This document shows positions 1 through 12,908 of a stretch of DNA of 64,000 nucleotides, piece after piece. Each line of letters starts with the position of its first letter. The first letter of the stretch is position 1. The notes below the pieces were generated by a model, which saw nothing but the letters and a program-made list of their open reading frames with translations, was not told where the DNA came from and ran no database searches. Where the stretch lies: NCBI GenBank assembly GCA_964016885.1, contig OZ024743.1, forward strand, positions 283,154,001 through 283,218,000, given 5' to 3'. This stretch comes from Eledone cirrhosa. Taxonomy: Eukaryota. Position numbers and translations under genes: made by a program.

Positions 1-92
1 ACATACACATGTTAATTATCATCATTATCATTGTTTTAATATGCATTTTTTGTTCCAAACTAACATGGATAGAATAAATCTGTAATAATCAC

Positions 93-296
93 TTAACCCT
101 TTAGCATTTACATTACTCTATATATACTATTGTATTTTCGCAGTAAAAGCTTTATCTCATATAATATTGAATCTATGAGATTTTGATATTATTTATGTTG
201 AGAACAATTCCTTAACATCAGTATGAGTATCAAGTTACAGCCGGTTTGAACAGAAAGAGGTGAGAGAATTCTGACTGGATATGGTCGGTTTTAAAC
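93..296. mobile_element. TTAA-flanked (piggyBac-like) MITE; inverted relative of the copy at 14761-15195
   Basis: Begins TTAA|CCCTTTAGCATTTA; the body is the diverged reverse complement of 14761-15195 once the SINE there is removed. Confidence 0.55.
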
Positions 297-564
297 TCTT
301 TCGTTAACATATTTCTAATGAAAGACACAACCTATAATTTTCAAACCATTTAAAAAATATTCAAGAATTCAGAGAGATTTAGTAATATTGCTAACTTTCT
401 CATTATTTAGCTTGTTTGGAAAATACCTGATATATCACAAGAAATGTGAAGAAGGAAGTTTGTACAAAAAGCCACATAAAAATTGTGCTCTCAAAATGTA
501 TCAACGCTAAACCATACTGAATCACCATTATACACTTTAACAAATATAAAAAATATCTTGATTA

Positions 565-1021
565 CACATAGACACATACACACACATACACAGAGTCAAA
601 TACACATATGTGCACTTAAATACCCTCACCTAAATACACACACATACACACATACAAATGCCCACACATTCACGCATTCAAATACACAAAAATATACACA
701 CACATACATGCACCTAAATACACACACCCAAATACATACACGTCCAAATACTCACACACAGAAATATATACACACACACATAAATACACTGACATACATA
801 TTCACATCCACATACAAACACACACATGCACACATAGATATAAACACACACATACAAACACACACATGCACACATAGATATAAAACACACATACACACAC
901 CCAAATACATACACATAAATACACACACACGTACACACATCCAAATACACACACACACACACATATATATATACATAAATACACACATATATATACACAC
1001 ATACACACACGTGTGTGTGTG
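565..1021. repeat. Degenerate (CA)n/(TA)n low-complexity tract
   Basis: Visible CA/TA dinucleotide mosaic; overlapping ORFs are His/Thr or Cys/Val repeats. Confidence 0.9.
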
Positions 1022-1231
1022 ATATAAATTTAGCATTACAAGTAAACACCATATAGGTCAATTAATATCTAATGCACAGTATAACTAGCTGCCAAGCCCT
1101 GATTACAGATTCATCTTGTCTAATAGTGACAGCTATTGTTTTCCTTTAGATGATGTGAAACTGGTGGATTTACATAGAAAATTGAATAAGTTGACATAAT
1201 TCATATGATTTAGTGAGAGTACACCCATGTC

Positions 1232-1346
1232 AATATAATAATTGTTTCTACTTTTTGGCACAAGGCCAGCAATTACCCAGTGCATTACTGGTACTTTATT
1301 TTATCGACCCCGTAAGGATAAAAGGCAAAGTTAACCTCGGCGGGAT
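1232..1346 (-). mobile_element. 3' half of a tRNA-derived SINE
   Basis: Reverse complement of the 3' part of the SINE at 34281-34461 (ggccttgtgccaaaagtagaaacaatt end). Confidence 0.8.
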
Positions 1347-1389
1347 ATAATAATAATCATACATAAGTATTATGTATATATACGGTAAA

Positions 1390-1691
1390 GAGGTCGTGAT
1401 TGTGACACGGTAAAAAGCACCAAGCCCACACTGTAAACTGGTCATGTAGGTGTCATGACAAAAAGCACCTAATCCACACTGTAAAGTTGTCCCGTAGGTA
1501 CACAACAAAAAGCACCCAGTACTCACTAAGGTTGGCGTTAGGAAGTACATCCAACAGTAGAAACCAAGCCAAAATCAGTTCTATATGAGCAAGATATGGT
1601 TACCTGGCCTAACATTGCCCACAACAGGACAACTCGTCAAACCCATGCTAGCACAGAGAAATGAATGTAAAACAATGAGGATGATGATGAT
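1390..1691 (+). mobile_element. Non-autonomous RTE-related element: three ~47-bp modules plus RTE-type 3' end and (GAT)n tail
   Basis: aaaagcacc..cacactgtaaa repeated 3x, then ggcgttaggaag..catcc and cccatgctagca..gatgatgat, matching the RTE 3' ends at 46330-46575. Confidence 0.7.
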
Positions 1692-1744
1692 ATATAATAC
1701 GTGCAAAAAAGTAGCTCCTCATACAGTACCATAAGGAGGCTACA

Positions 1745-1945
1745 TATACGGAACTCGTGTCAATGAGAGCCTCTTCCATTAAAAAACATCTTGATAGATG
1801 TCGCAACCAAGAGGTTGAGGTCACCATAGAGGCGACTGAAAGGAATATGGGAAATTTAAGGATTAAGGAAGCCATGTTCATCAGTAGAATAAAACCAGAG
1901 ATAAATGATAGATCAGAAATGCATGACGCAGAATGGTTACTATAG
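1745..1945 (+). pseudogene. C-terminal GIY-YIG endonuclease fragment of a Penelope-like element
   Basis: ORF 1757-1945 reads SSIKKHL..C...LRIKEAMFISRIKPEIN, matching the PLE GIY-YIG ending (L.IKEA..I...KP.LN). Confidence 0.65.
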
Positions 1946-2224
1946 CAACCCTGCGCATGTGCATGCATTTTGAAAACACATAGACAGGTTATGGAAAAAA
2001 ACTCTGAAAACTTTGATCGCTCATTTGTTTTGTGTTGGACAGTTTCAGCTTCACACCTCTTTTACCTCACCAACAGTACCAACTAATCAACTAATGGACA
2101 CCCCCACCAAACCATCACCCACCACTAACTCTACTAATCGCCGGCTACCTTCACACACAACCACTCTACCACCACCCAAACACACACGCACCCAACACCA
2201 CCACTTTCACCACTGTATCACGAT

Positions 2225-2283
<59 letters not shown>

Positions 2284-2713
2284 TACATCGAAACAATAGG
2301 AAAAAGTCACATACACGCACACCAACACATGTCCACCTCTCCCACAACATAGCCACTCATTAGCAGTTTATCTGTTACACTCATATGACCCTCCTTTACT
2401 TCCATCAGCAGCACTAACTTAGAGGACTTACCGCTAACCCCTGTCCACCTCCACCTCACTGGCCATCTACCTTTGCTCCCTATCTCCAATACAGACATGC
2501 CCAACACTCCTAGCTACTAACAACCTCTACTATCACCTTCGCCTCTGTATCCCCTATGAATTCAGGCTACCACCATAGCTCCCTTCCAAATCCTTTCCAT
2601 TCTGTGTGCACCATCATCTCTCCTTCCCTCTTTCCACACTCACCATAACAACTCTGAAAATCATACAACACCTTTCTCGAAAACTTCTCTCTAGACCATA
2701 TGTAGAAAATCCG

Positions 2714-5700
2714 ACATACACACACAGACATACCCATATATAAACATACACACATTCACCCTCACACACATACACACACACAGACATACCCATATATAAA
2801 CATACACACGCTCACCCTCACACACATACACACACACAGACATACCCATATATAAACATACACACGCTCACCCTCACACACATACACACACAGACATACC
2901 CATATATAAACATACACACGTTCACCCTCACACACATACACACACAGACATACCCATATATAACATACACACATTCACCCTCACACACATACACACACAG
3001 ACATACCCATATATAAACATACACACATTCACCCTCACACACATACACACACAGACATACCCATATATAAACATACACACGTTCACCCTCACACACATAC
3101 ACACACAGACATACCCATATATAACATACACACATTCACCCTCACACACATACACACACAGACATACCCATATATAAACATACACACGTTCACCCTCACA
3201 CACATACACACACAGACATACCCATATATAAACATACACACGTTCACCCTCACACACATACACACACAGACATACCCATATATAACATACACACATTCAC
3301 CCTCACACACATACACACACAGACATACCCATATATAAACATACACACATTCACCCTCACACACATACACACACAGACATACCCATATATAAACATACAC
3401 ACGTTCACCCTCACACACATACACACACAGACATACCCATATATAAACATACACACGTTCACCCTCACACACATACACACACAGACATACCCATATATAA
3501 ACATACACACGTTCACCCTCACACACATACACACACAGACATACCCATATATAACATACACACATTCACCCTCACACACATACACACACAGACATACCCA
3601 TATATAAACATACACACGTTCACCCTCACACACATGCACACACAGACATACCCATATATAAACATGCACACATTCACCCTCACACACATACACACACAGA
3701 CATACCCATATATAAACATACACACGCTCACCCTCACACACATACACACACACAGACATACCCATATATAAACATACACACGCTCACCCTCACACACATA
3801 CACACACAGACATACCCATATATAAACATACACACATTCACCCTCACACACATTCACCGTCACACACATACACACAAAGACATACCCATATATAAACATA
3901 CACACGTTCACCCTCACACACAGACATACCCATATATAAACATACACACATTCACCCTCACACACATACACACACAGACATACCCATATATAAACATACA
4001 CACGTTCACCCTCACACACATACACACACAGACATACCCATATATAAACATACACACGTTCACCCTCACACATATACACACACAGACATACCCATATATA
4101 AACATACACACATTCACCCTCACACACATACACACACAGACATACCCATATATAACATACACACATTCACCCTCACACACATACACACACAGACATACCC
4201 ATATATAAACATACACACGTTCACCCTCACACACATACACACACAGACATACCCATATATAAACATACACACGTTCACCCTCACACACATACACACACAG
4301 ACATACCCATATATAAACATACACACGTTCACCCTCACACACACAGACATACCCATATATAAACATACACACATTCACCCTCACACACATACACACACAG
4401 ACATACCCATATATAAACATACACACGTTCACCCTCACACACATACACACACAGACATACCCATATATAAACATACACACGTTCACCCTCACACATGTAC
4501 ACACACAGACATACCCATATATAAACATACACACATTCACCCTCACACACATACACACACAGACATACCCATATATAAACATACACACGTTCACCCTCAC
4601 ACACATACACACACAGACATACCCATATATAAACATACACACGCTCACCCTCACACACATACACACACACAGACATACCCATATATAAACATACACACGC
4701 TCACCCTCACACACATACACACACAGACATACCCATATATAAACATACACACGTTCACCCTCACACACATACACACACACAGACATACCCATATATAAAC
4801 ATACACACGTTCACCCTCACACACATACACACACAGACATACCCATATATAAACATACACACGTTCACCCTCACACACATACACACACAGACATACCCAT
4901 ATATAAACATACACACGTTCACCCTCACACACATACACCCACAGACATACCCATATATAAACATACACACGTTCACCCTCACACACATACACACACAGAC
5001 ATACCCATATATAAACATACACACGTTCACCCTCACACACATACACCCACAGACATACCCATATATAAACATACACACGTTCACCCTCACACACATACAC
5101 ACACAGACATACCCATATATAAACATACACACGTTCACCCTCACACACATACACACACAGACATACCCATATATAAACATACACACGTTCACCGTCACAC
5201 ACATACACACACAGACATACCCATATATAAACATACACACGCTCACCCTCACACACATACACACACAGACATACCCATATATAAACATACACACGTTCAC
5301 CCTCACACACATACACACACAGACATACCCATATATAAACATACACACGTTCACCGTCACACACATACACACAAAGACATACCCATATATAAACATACAC
5401 ACGTTCACCCTCACACATATACACACACAGACATACCCATATATAAACATACACACGTTCACCCTCACACACATACACACACAGACATACCCATATATAA
5501 ACATACACACGTTCACCCTCACACACATACACACAAAGACATACCCATATATAAACATACACACGTTCACCCTCACACACAGACATACCCATATATAAAC
5601 ATACACACGTTCACCCTTACACACATACACCCACAGACATACCCATATATAAACATACACACGCTCACCCTCACACACATACACACATAGACATACCCAT

Positions 5701-6134
5701 ATATAAACATACACACGTTCACCCTCACACACATTCACCCTCACACACATACACACAAAGACATACCCATATATAAACATACACACGTTCACCCTCACAC
5801 ATATACACACACAGACATACCCATATATAAACATACACACATTCACCCTCACACACATACACACACAGACATACTCATATATAAACATACACACGTTCAC
5901 CCTCACACACATACACACACAGACATACCCATATATAAACATACACACGTTCGCCCTCACACATATACACACACAGACATACCCATATATAAACATACAC
6001 ACGTTCGCCCTCACACACATACACACACAGACATACCCATATATAAACATACACACGTTCACCCTCACACACATACACACACAGACATACCCATATATAA
6101 ACATACACACGTTCGCCCTCACACACATGCACAC
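2714..6134. repeat. 54-bp minisatellite, roughly 60-65 copies
   Basis: Unit acatacacacacagacatacccatatataaacatacacacgttcaccctcacac; the 18-aa periodicity of the spurious ORFs confirms the 54-bp period. Confidence 0.95.
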
Positions 6135-6394
6135 AAGTTCTTTCCACTACTGACAATACACATAGCCACAACGCACACATGGATACACGTATACACACAT
6201 ACACACAGTCATCCTACACACACTAAACACATACACACATACAAACGTCACACTCACATACATAGAAACAATAGAAAACAGTCACATACACACAGACATA
6301 TCTAAACATAAACACACGCATGCACACAAAATCTTCCCTCTACAGATAATACAGACACACACATCTGACACATGTGAAAATATATAAACACACA

Positions 6395-6453
<59 letters not shown>

Positions 6454-6720
6454 ACGCACACACACAAACATACACACTCACATACATAGAAACAATAGAA
6501 AAAAGTCACATACACACACGTACATGTAGACACACTCACACACACTCATCCCACACACACGTGATAATAAACCCACACACACAATCATGCGCACTCACAT
6601 ACGTAGAAACAACAGAAAAAAGCCCCCATACACACACGCACAAAAACCACACATACATACACACACACAAGCCAGTGTACACATACCCAAAACATAAGAC
6701 TCTGAGACACCCATGTGTTC
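6135..6720. repeat. (CA)n-rich low-complexity flank of the minisatellite
   Basis: Near-pure (CA)n at about 6388-6446 with degenerate flanks. Confidence 0.85.
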
Positions 6721-6952
6721 ACACACAGACTAAAGCAATGCACACCTACCAATTTCATCCCTTCAGCACACATATAACCACACCTATGACACACATGGAC
6801 TCCCTCCACTTCGGCCCCCACACCCATATGTCAGACCTATCACCTACCAACCATATCCTATCAATCTCCTCCTAACACCCTTTACCTAACTTCCTTTCCT
6901 AACTTTCATACATCACTTTCTTGAAACTACCTGTTCTCTTTGTATCTGCACT

Positions 6953-6986
6953 TTCCTGATGAAGGACTTCTGTCTGAAACATAGAA
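6953..6986 (+). ncRNA. Putative minimal (Penelope-type) hammerhead ribozyme, probably decayed
   Basis: ttc-CTGATGA-a-GGAC-ttct-GTCT-GAAAC-ata-gaa: catalytic core boxes, 4-bp stem II, 3-bp stem I. Confidence 0.45.
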
Positions 6987-8226
6987 CCATGCCTTTGTAT
7001 TTTTGCATCCCTGAGTTTATTTTGTTTCATTTATCAACTATATATGTGTGTGTGTGTGTGTGTATGTGTGTGCGTGTGTGTATGTGTAATGCCAATGCCC
7101 AAGCATGGCCTCAGCTTGTCAGCTAGAACACAATAATAGAATAATATATATATGTGTGTGCATATGTGTGTGTGTGTGTATATATATACACATATACACA
7201 CACACGCACACACACACAGAGTAGTTTATTGTAGGATGAAGACTACGCTGTAAAACTCCATACTAAAGCTTGTTCTACTAATGTTACTGAATGTTGCACT
7301 GACTTACCATTTTAGAATAAAACAGTTGCTAACTATATTACCTTGCTGTCAGAAATTAATATTTAAGCCACTGCCAACTACAATCAATTTATATTGTGTG
7401 TGAGTGTATTATCTAATGATAATGGAACATTTCCTAGGTTTCCCATTAACAAGAATATCACTAGTCAGGTGTTGGCTAAAATACTTAATGTAGTGAGCCA
7501 GAAATAAGTTTCAATCAATTGTAATTACAACTAAAAGAAGAAAAGTCATTAGAGTTAATGAACATACTTGTCAAGAAATGCAAGGGAGGGAACTCGGAAT
7601 TTTAAATTGATTAAAAATTGAATAGGTACATGCAGTAAAGTGAGTTTGATCTTTGGTAATGTGGTAACTCTTCTTTTTTTTTCTTTTTTTAAAACTGTTT
7701 CCAGACATTAGACAGCAGCTATGCATGGCTGGAGTATCTTTGGTCAGTTGTTTTGGCTATGACCATCTTGTCTTTTTAAGTGTATATTTAATATTATATT
7801 ATTGAATGTTTCTTTAAAACAATAAAGTGTGATTTAACTGCTATTGCTAACAAATCAACCTTCAAATAAAAACAAAATGTATTAACATGAATGAGTTTCA
7901 GATTTATCACAAACTAGCAGTTTAGCCCGGCGTTGCTTGGGTTTGTTCATTTGCTATGAAAAGTTACATACAGTTAAACGTGGCTTGAAAGCGAATAAGC
8001 TTATCAATTAAGTGCATAAAGCAGTTGAACCGGCCATTAAAAGTTACGAACCAATTAACATTTTGGACAATCAATGATGGGTTAATAATCTTCCAATAGC
8101 GAATTTAGTAGACCAAAGTTGCAAGATGGTGGACTTGATGCCGCTGGGTGTCAGATCTGTCCGCCATGGGATACCCTACCAGAAATAGTGTTCCAGACGG
8201 CATAGCTCCAACACCTGCACCAACAT

Positions 8227-9540
8227 CTATAGCACCTCTTTGTAGACGATATTGTGTGTCATCCTTTGAGGAGTGTAAGCAAAAAGTCCATTCCTGCTCC
8301 CTACGCGGGAACAGGCAACATAAAGTTGGCCATGGGAGAAACATGGCTCCCCAAATGGATGCCCGCCACCGACAATGTTTGCCCTTGTGACTTGTTAATG
8401 GACATGGCAAAACATGGTCTCACCGGGAATTGGGATCGCTGGAAATCGAACGGGATATCTGATGCCGAAGAGAAAAGGTTCATCCTTGGAATGAAAACAT
8501 TCTCCCCTCTCCTGCACCCCGTTACAATGGTGGCCTCAATCAAGTGGGGCACTGCTTTGGTAGACGCAAGTTCCTTATTAGCATAATGGGACAGCCAACC
8601 CTAAGCTTAAGAATGTGAGGTGGGAGCCCTGGGGGCTCAAGGGAATTTAATAACTCAACCGGATAATTAACGATATCGTCGGGGTCTGACGTCCGGACGA
8701 TAGATTTGAAGATGTGCTCTTTACCGGGCATCTTCTCAATCAGCTGCTCGTTAATAAAATTAACCATGGTATTTATCGGTGCAAGGATGGCTCTTTCGCT
8801 GAGCCAATCGAGGTTTTTAAAGTTAGATGAGACATTAGGAAAAACTGCTTCCCAAAGGTCAGAAGGGCTGTTCACAATGTTGCACAGGGAGTCGATTGCT
8901 ATGCCACCCTTGTCATCCGCAGGGACCTTGCCCTCACCAAGTGCTAAAATGTTCTTAGCAAATGCTGCAGACCATGCAAATGAGCACCCATATTTGTGCT
9001 CAGGTACAAACTCTTCACCTGGAGCCACAACATGGACGACTTAAGGCAGGCCCGCACTTCATCAGCTCTTGTCCCTTTGGGGATGACAGGCAGCGTTTGC
9101 CGAAAATCCCCTGATAGCAGAAGGGTTATGCCATCCATAGGAGCCGTAGAATCCCTAATGTCTTTCAGGGTCCTGCCCAATGCCTCAAGGGCACCCTTGT
9201 GTGCCATTGTGCACTCATCCCAAACAATGAGGCAACATTTTTTGAGAACCAGAGCTTCGTGTGAACTCTTGCTGATATTGCATGTTGGTGTCTCAGTTTT
9301 TACTAAATCCAAGGGGAGTTTAAAGGTTGAATGTGCTGTCCTGCCTCCCGGCAGCAAAGTAGCAGCGATCCCGGACGATGCCACGGCCAACGCAACTTTT
9401 TTCTCCTGACGAATCTTAGTGAGAATCAATTTTGTTACATAAGTTTTTCCAGTACCCCCAGGAGCATCGAGAAAGTAAATACCCCCAGTCTGATTTTGAA
9501 CCGCGTCAATGATAGTTAAATAGGCCAACCTTTGGTCCAA
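8227..9540 (-). pseudogene. Helitron PIF1-family helicase domain, frameshifted
   Basis: LDAPGGTGKT, VASSGIAATLLPGGRTAHS, IVWDECTM, GDFRQTLPV, QFPVRPCFAMSINKSQGQT spread over three frames; ends NIVYKEVL* at 8227. Confidence 0.92.
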
Positions 9541-9544
9541 CAGA

Positions 9545-9900
9545 AGTTTGAGAGAAAGGCAAGGATATACGGAGGAGTTGCAGAGGGAAAGGAGGAGATA
9601 CATAGAGAGAACGGTGGAGGAGAAAGTAGACAGAAGGATTTGAGAATGAGAGAGAAAGAGAGGAATAGGAAAGTGCAGAGTTACAGAGAGGGGTAAACAA
9701 AAAGAAAGAGAGAGAGAGTGACTATAGGAGAAAAACAGCGAAAGAGGCAAAGAAGGAAAGGAAAAAAAGAGAGAGAGACAGAGGAAAGGATGTGTGAGAG
9801 AAGGGGCCTGAAAAAATAAAAAGAGAGAAAGTAGAGGCTGTGTGAGAGGGAAAAAAAGAAAGAAAGAGAGTGGGACAGTAAGTAAATGAAGGGGAGTAAG
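9545..9900. repeat. GA-rich purine tract inside Helitron 1
   Basis: Degenerate (GA)n/GAAA; accounts for the Leu/Ser/Phe N-terminus of ORF 8944-9942. Confidence 0.8.
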
Positions 9901-10000
9901 TTGAAAGTTATGTCGTGATTGATTGGAAATCAGACGACACAATATGAAATATTAAACACAATATTAGAAATATAGTTTTGTAAATAAGACAATTTAAATA

Positions 10001-10081
10001 CACGAGTCGTCTCCCCTGATTATCGTCCAGCCGTGAGTGAGCTCGAAGGAAGTCTGCTCCAATGATAGACTGATGGGCATC
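10001..10081 (-). pseudogene. 27-codon fragment resembling the end of a Gypsy aspartic protease
   Basis: Translates DAHQSIIGADFLRAHSRLDDNQGRRLV, alignable with [27 protein letters not shown] of the Gypsy element at about 34228-34500. Confidence 0.55.
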
Positions 10082-10083
10082 AT

Positions 10084-12908
10084 TTTTAATTTGGTGGGTG
10101 AGGGCGGGGGATTCCGTTTTTATTTGGGGTCCGTTTTTATTTGGAGAGGGGGTCCGTTTTTTATATGGGGTCCGTTTTTTATTTGGGGGTCTGTTTTTTA
10201 TTTGGAAGGATCCGTTTTTTATTTGGGGGTCCGTTTTTTATTTGGAGAGATCCGTTTTTTATTTGGCGGGGTCCGTTTTTATTGGGGTAGGGGGGGTCCG
10301 TTTTTTATGAGGGGGTGTTTTTTTATTGGGGGGGATCCGCTTTATATTTTTGGGGGGAGGGGGTCCGTTTTTTATTTGGAATCCGTTTTTTATTTTGGAG
10401 GTGTCCGTTTTTTATGGGGGGAGGGGGCATTTTTTATTGGGGAGGGACGTTTTTTATAGGGGGGGTCCGTTTTTTATGGGGATATCTGTTTTTTATTTGG
10501 GGGTAGGAGTTTATTTTATTTGGAATCTGTTTTTTATTTGGGGTGGGTGGCGGGTGGGGGTGTCCGTTTTTTATGGGGGGTCCGTTTTTTATTGGGGAGG
10601 ATCCGTTTTTTATGGGGTTTCCGTTTTTTATTGGGGGGGGGGGCGTTTTTTATTTGGATGGGTCTGTTTTTTTATAGGGCGGTCCGTTTTTTATTGGGGG
10701 ATCCGTTTTTTATTTGGGGGATCCGTTTTTTATGGGGGTCCGTTTTTTATTGGGGGGTCGTTCTTTATTTGGGGGGGGTCTGTTTGTTATAGGGGGGGTC
10801 CGTTTTTTATTGGGGGGGTCCGTTTTTTATGGGGGGTTCCTTTTTTATTGGGGGGAGGTCTTTTTTATGGGGAATCCGTTTTTTATTTGGGGGATCCATT
10901 TTTTATGGGGGGATCCGTTTTTTATTTGGAATCCGATTTTTATGAGGGGGTCCGTTTTTTTATGGGGGGATCCGTTTTTTATTGGGAGGTTCGTTTGTTA
11001 TTTGGAGGGGCCATTTTACATTGGGGGATCCGTTTTTATTTTGGGAGGGTCCATTTTTTATTGGGGGTCCGTTTTTTATTGGGGAGGGTCCGTTATTTAT
11101 GGGGGGTTCCATTTTTTATTGGGGGGGAGGGTCCGGTTTTTTTTTGAGGGGGGGCGTTTTTTGTTTGGAATCCGTTTTTTATTTTGGGGGTATCCGTATT
11201 TTATTGGGGGGGGGGCGTTTTTTATTTTGAATCTTTTTTATTTGGGCGGGGTCCGTTTTTTATAGGGGGTCCGGTTTTTATTGGGGGAGTCCGTTTTTTA
11301 TGGGGGGATCGGTTTTTTTTTGGGCGGAGAGGGGAGGCGTTTTTTTTTATCCTTTTTTGATTGGGCGATCCGTTTTTCTTTGGGTGGGGGGCTTTTTTTA
11401 GTTGGAATCCGTTTTTTTATTGGGGGATCCGTTCTTTATTTGGGGGTGGGGATCCGTTTTTATTTTGGGAGGGCCCGTTTTTTATTGGGGGGATCCGTTT
11501 TTTATTTGGGGGGTCCGTTTTTTATGGGGGGGTTCCTTTTTTTATTGGGGAGAGGTCCGTTATTTATGAGGAGGGGTCCGTTTTTTATATGAGGGAGGGG
11601 GCATTTTTTATTTGGAATCCGATTTTCATGGGGGGTCCGTTTTTTATTGGGAGGTTCGTTTTTTATTTGGGGGGTCCGTTTTACATTGGGGGATTCGTTT
11701 TTAATTTGGGAGGGTCCGTTTTTTATTGGGGAGGTCCGTTTTTTTATTGGGGAGGGTCCGTTATTTATGTGGGGTTCCGTTTTTTATTGGGGGGTATCCG
11801 GTTTTTTTTGGGGGGGGGTCCAGTTTTTATCTTGAATTTTTGTTTTTTTCTTGAATTTTTATCTGGAATTTTTGTTTTGAATCCGTTTTTTATTTTGGGG
11901 CGTCCGGTTTTTATTGGAGGAGTCCGTTTATTATTTGGGGGATCCATTTTTTATGGCGGGGGCGTCCGTTTTTTATTGGAGGGGGTCCGTTTTTTATGGG
12001 GGGATCCGTTTTTGATTTGGGGGAGGGGTGTATTTTTTATTTGGAATATTTTTTTTTATTTGGAATCCGTTTTTTTTTGGAATCCTTTTTTTGGGAATCC
12101 TTTTTTTTAATTTGGAATCCGTTTTTTTTTTGGAGGGGGGGGTCTGTTTTTAGTTCGAATCCGTTTTTTTATTGGGGGGATCCGTTTTTATTTTGGGAGG
12201 GTCCGTTTTTTATTGGAGGGTCCGTTTTTATTGGGGAGGGTCTGTTATTTATGGGGGTTCCATTTTTTATTGGGGGGGGATCCGTTTTTCTTTTGGGGGG
12301 GTCCGGTTTTTATCTGGGGTGAGGTGGGGGCATTTTTTGTTTGGAATCCGTTTTTTATGGGGGGTAGGTCCGTTTTTTATAGGAGGTCCGGTTTTTATTG
12401 GGGGATCCGTTTTTCATATGGAGAGGGGGGGTGCGTTTTTTTTTATTTGGAATCAGATTTTTATTTGGGGGAGTATCCGTTTTTTATGGGGGGAGGGGTC
12501 CGTTTTTTTTATGGGGGGGCGTTTTTTATTTGAGGGGTCTGTTTTTTATTGGGGTGGGGCCGTTTTTTATTTGGGGGGATCCGTTTTTTATTTGGGGGGG
12601 GTCCGTTTTTTATTGGGGGGGACCCGTTTTTTATTGGGGGGGGCTCGTTTTTTATGGGGGTCCGTTTTTTATTGGGTGTCCGTTTTTTATGGGGGGGAGC
12701 GTTTTTATTTGGAATCCGTTTTTTATTTGGGGTGGAGGTGGGGGCATTTTTTTTTCCGGGGGTCCGTTTTTTATGGGGGGGAGTCCGGTTTTTATTGGAA
12801 TGGGGTTCGTTTTTTATTGGGGGGGGGGTCCTTTTTTATTTGGAGGGATCCGTTTTTTATTGGGGGAGAGGCTCCATTTTTATTTGGGGGTCCGTTTTTT
12901 ATTGGGGG
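10084..12908. repeat. Degenerate ~18-20 bp tandem repeat (G4-7 (A)TCCG T5-7 ATT)n
   Basis: Recurrent ggggtccgttttttatt with variable homopolymer lengths over 2.8 kb. Confidence 0.92.

Noticed and set aside
483-1061. His/Thr-rich and Cys/Val-rich ORFs
   Set aside because: Products of CA/TA microsatellite; open on both strands.
2714-6134. CRISPR-like array or long Cys/Val-rich ORFs
   Set aside because: Units are contiguous with no unique spacers and no cas genes; the ORFs are translations of the repeat in several frames.
8227-9540. Host PIF1 helicase gene
   Set aside because: Frameshifted, intronless and linked to HUH Rep fragments and Helitron termini.
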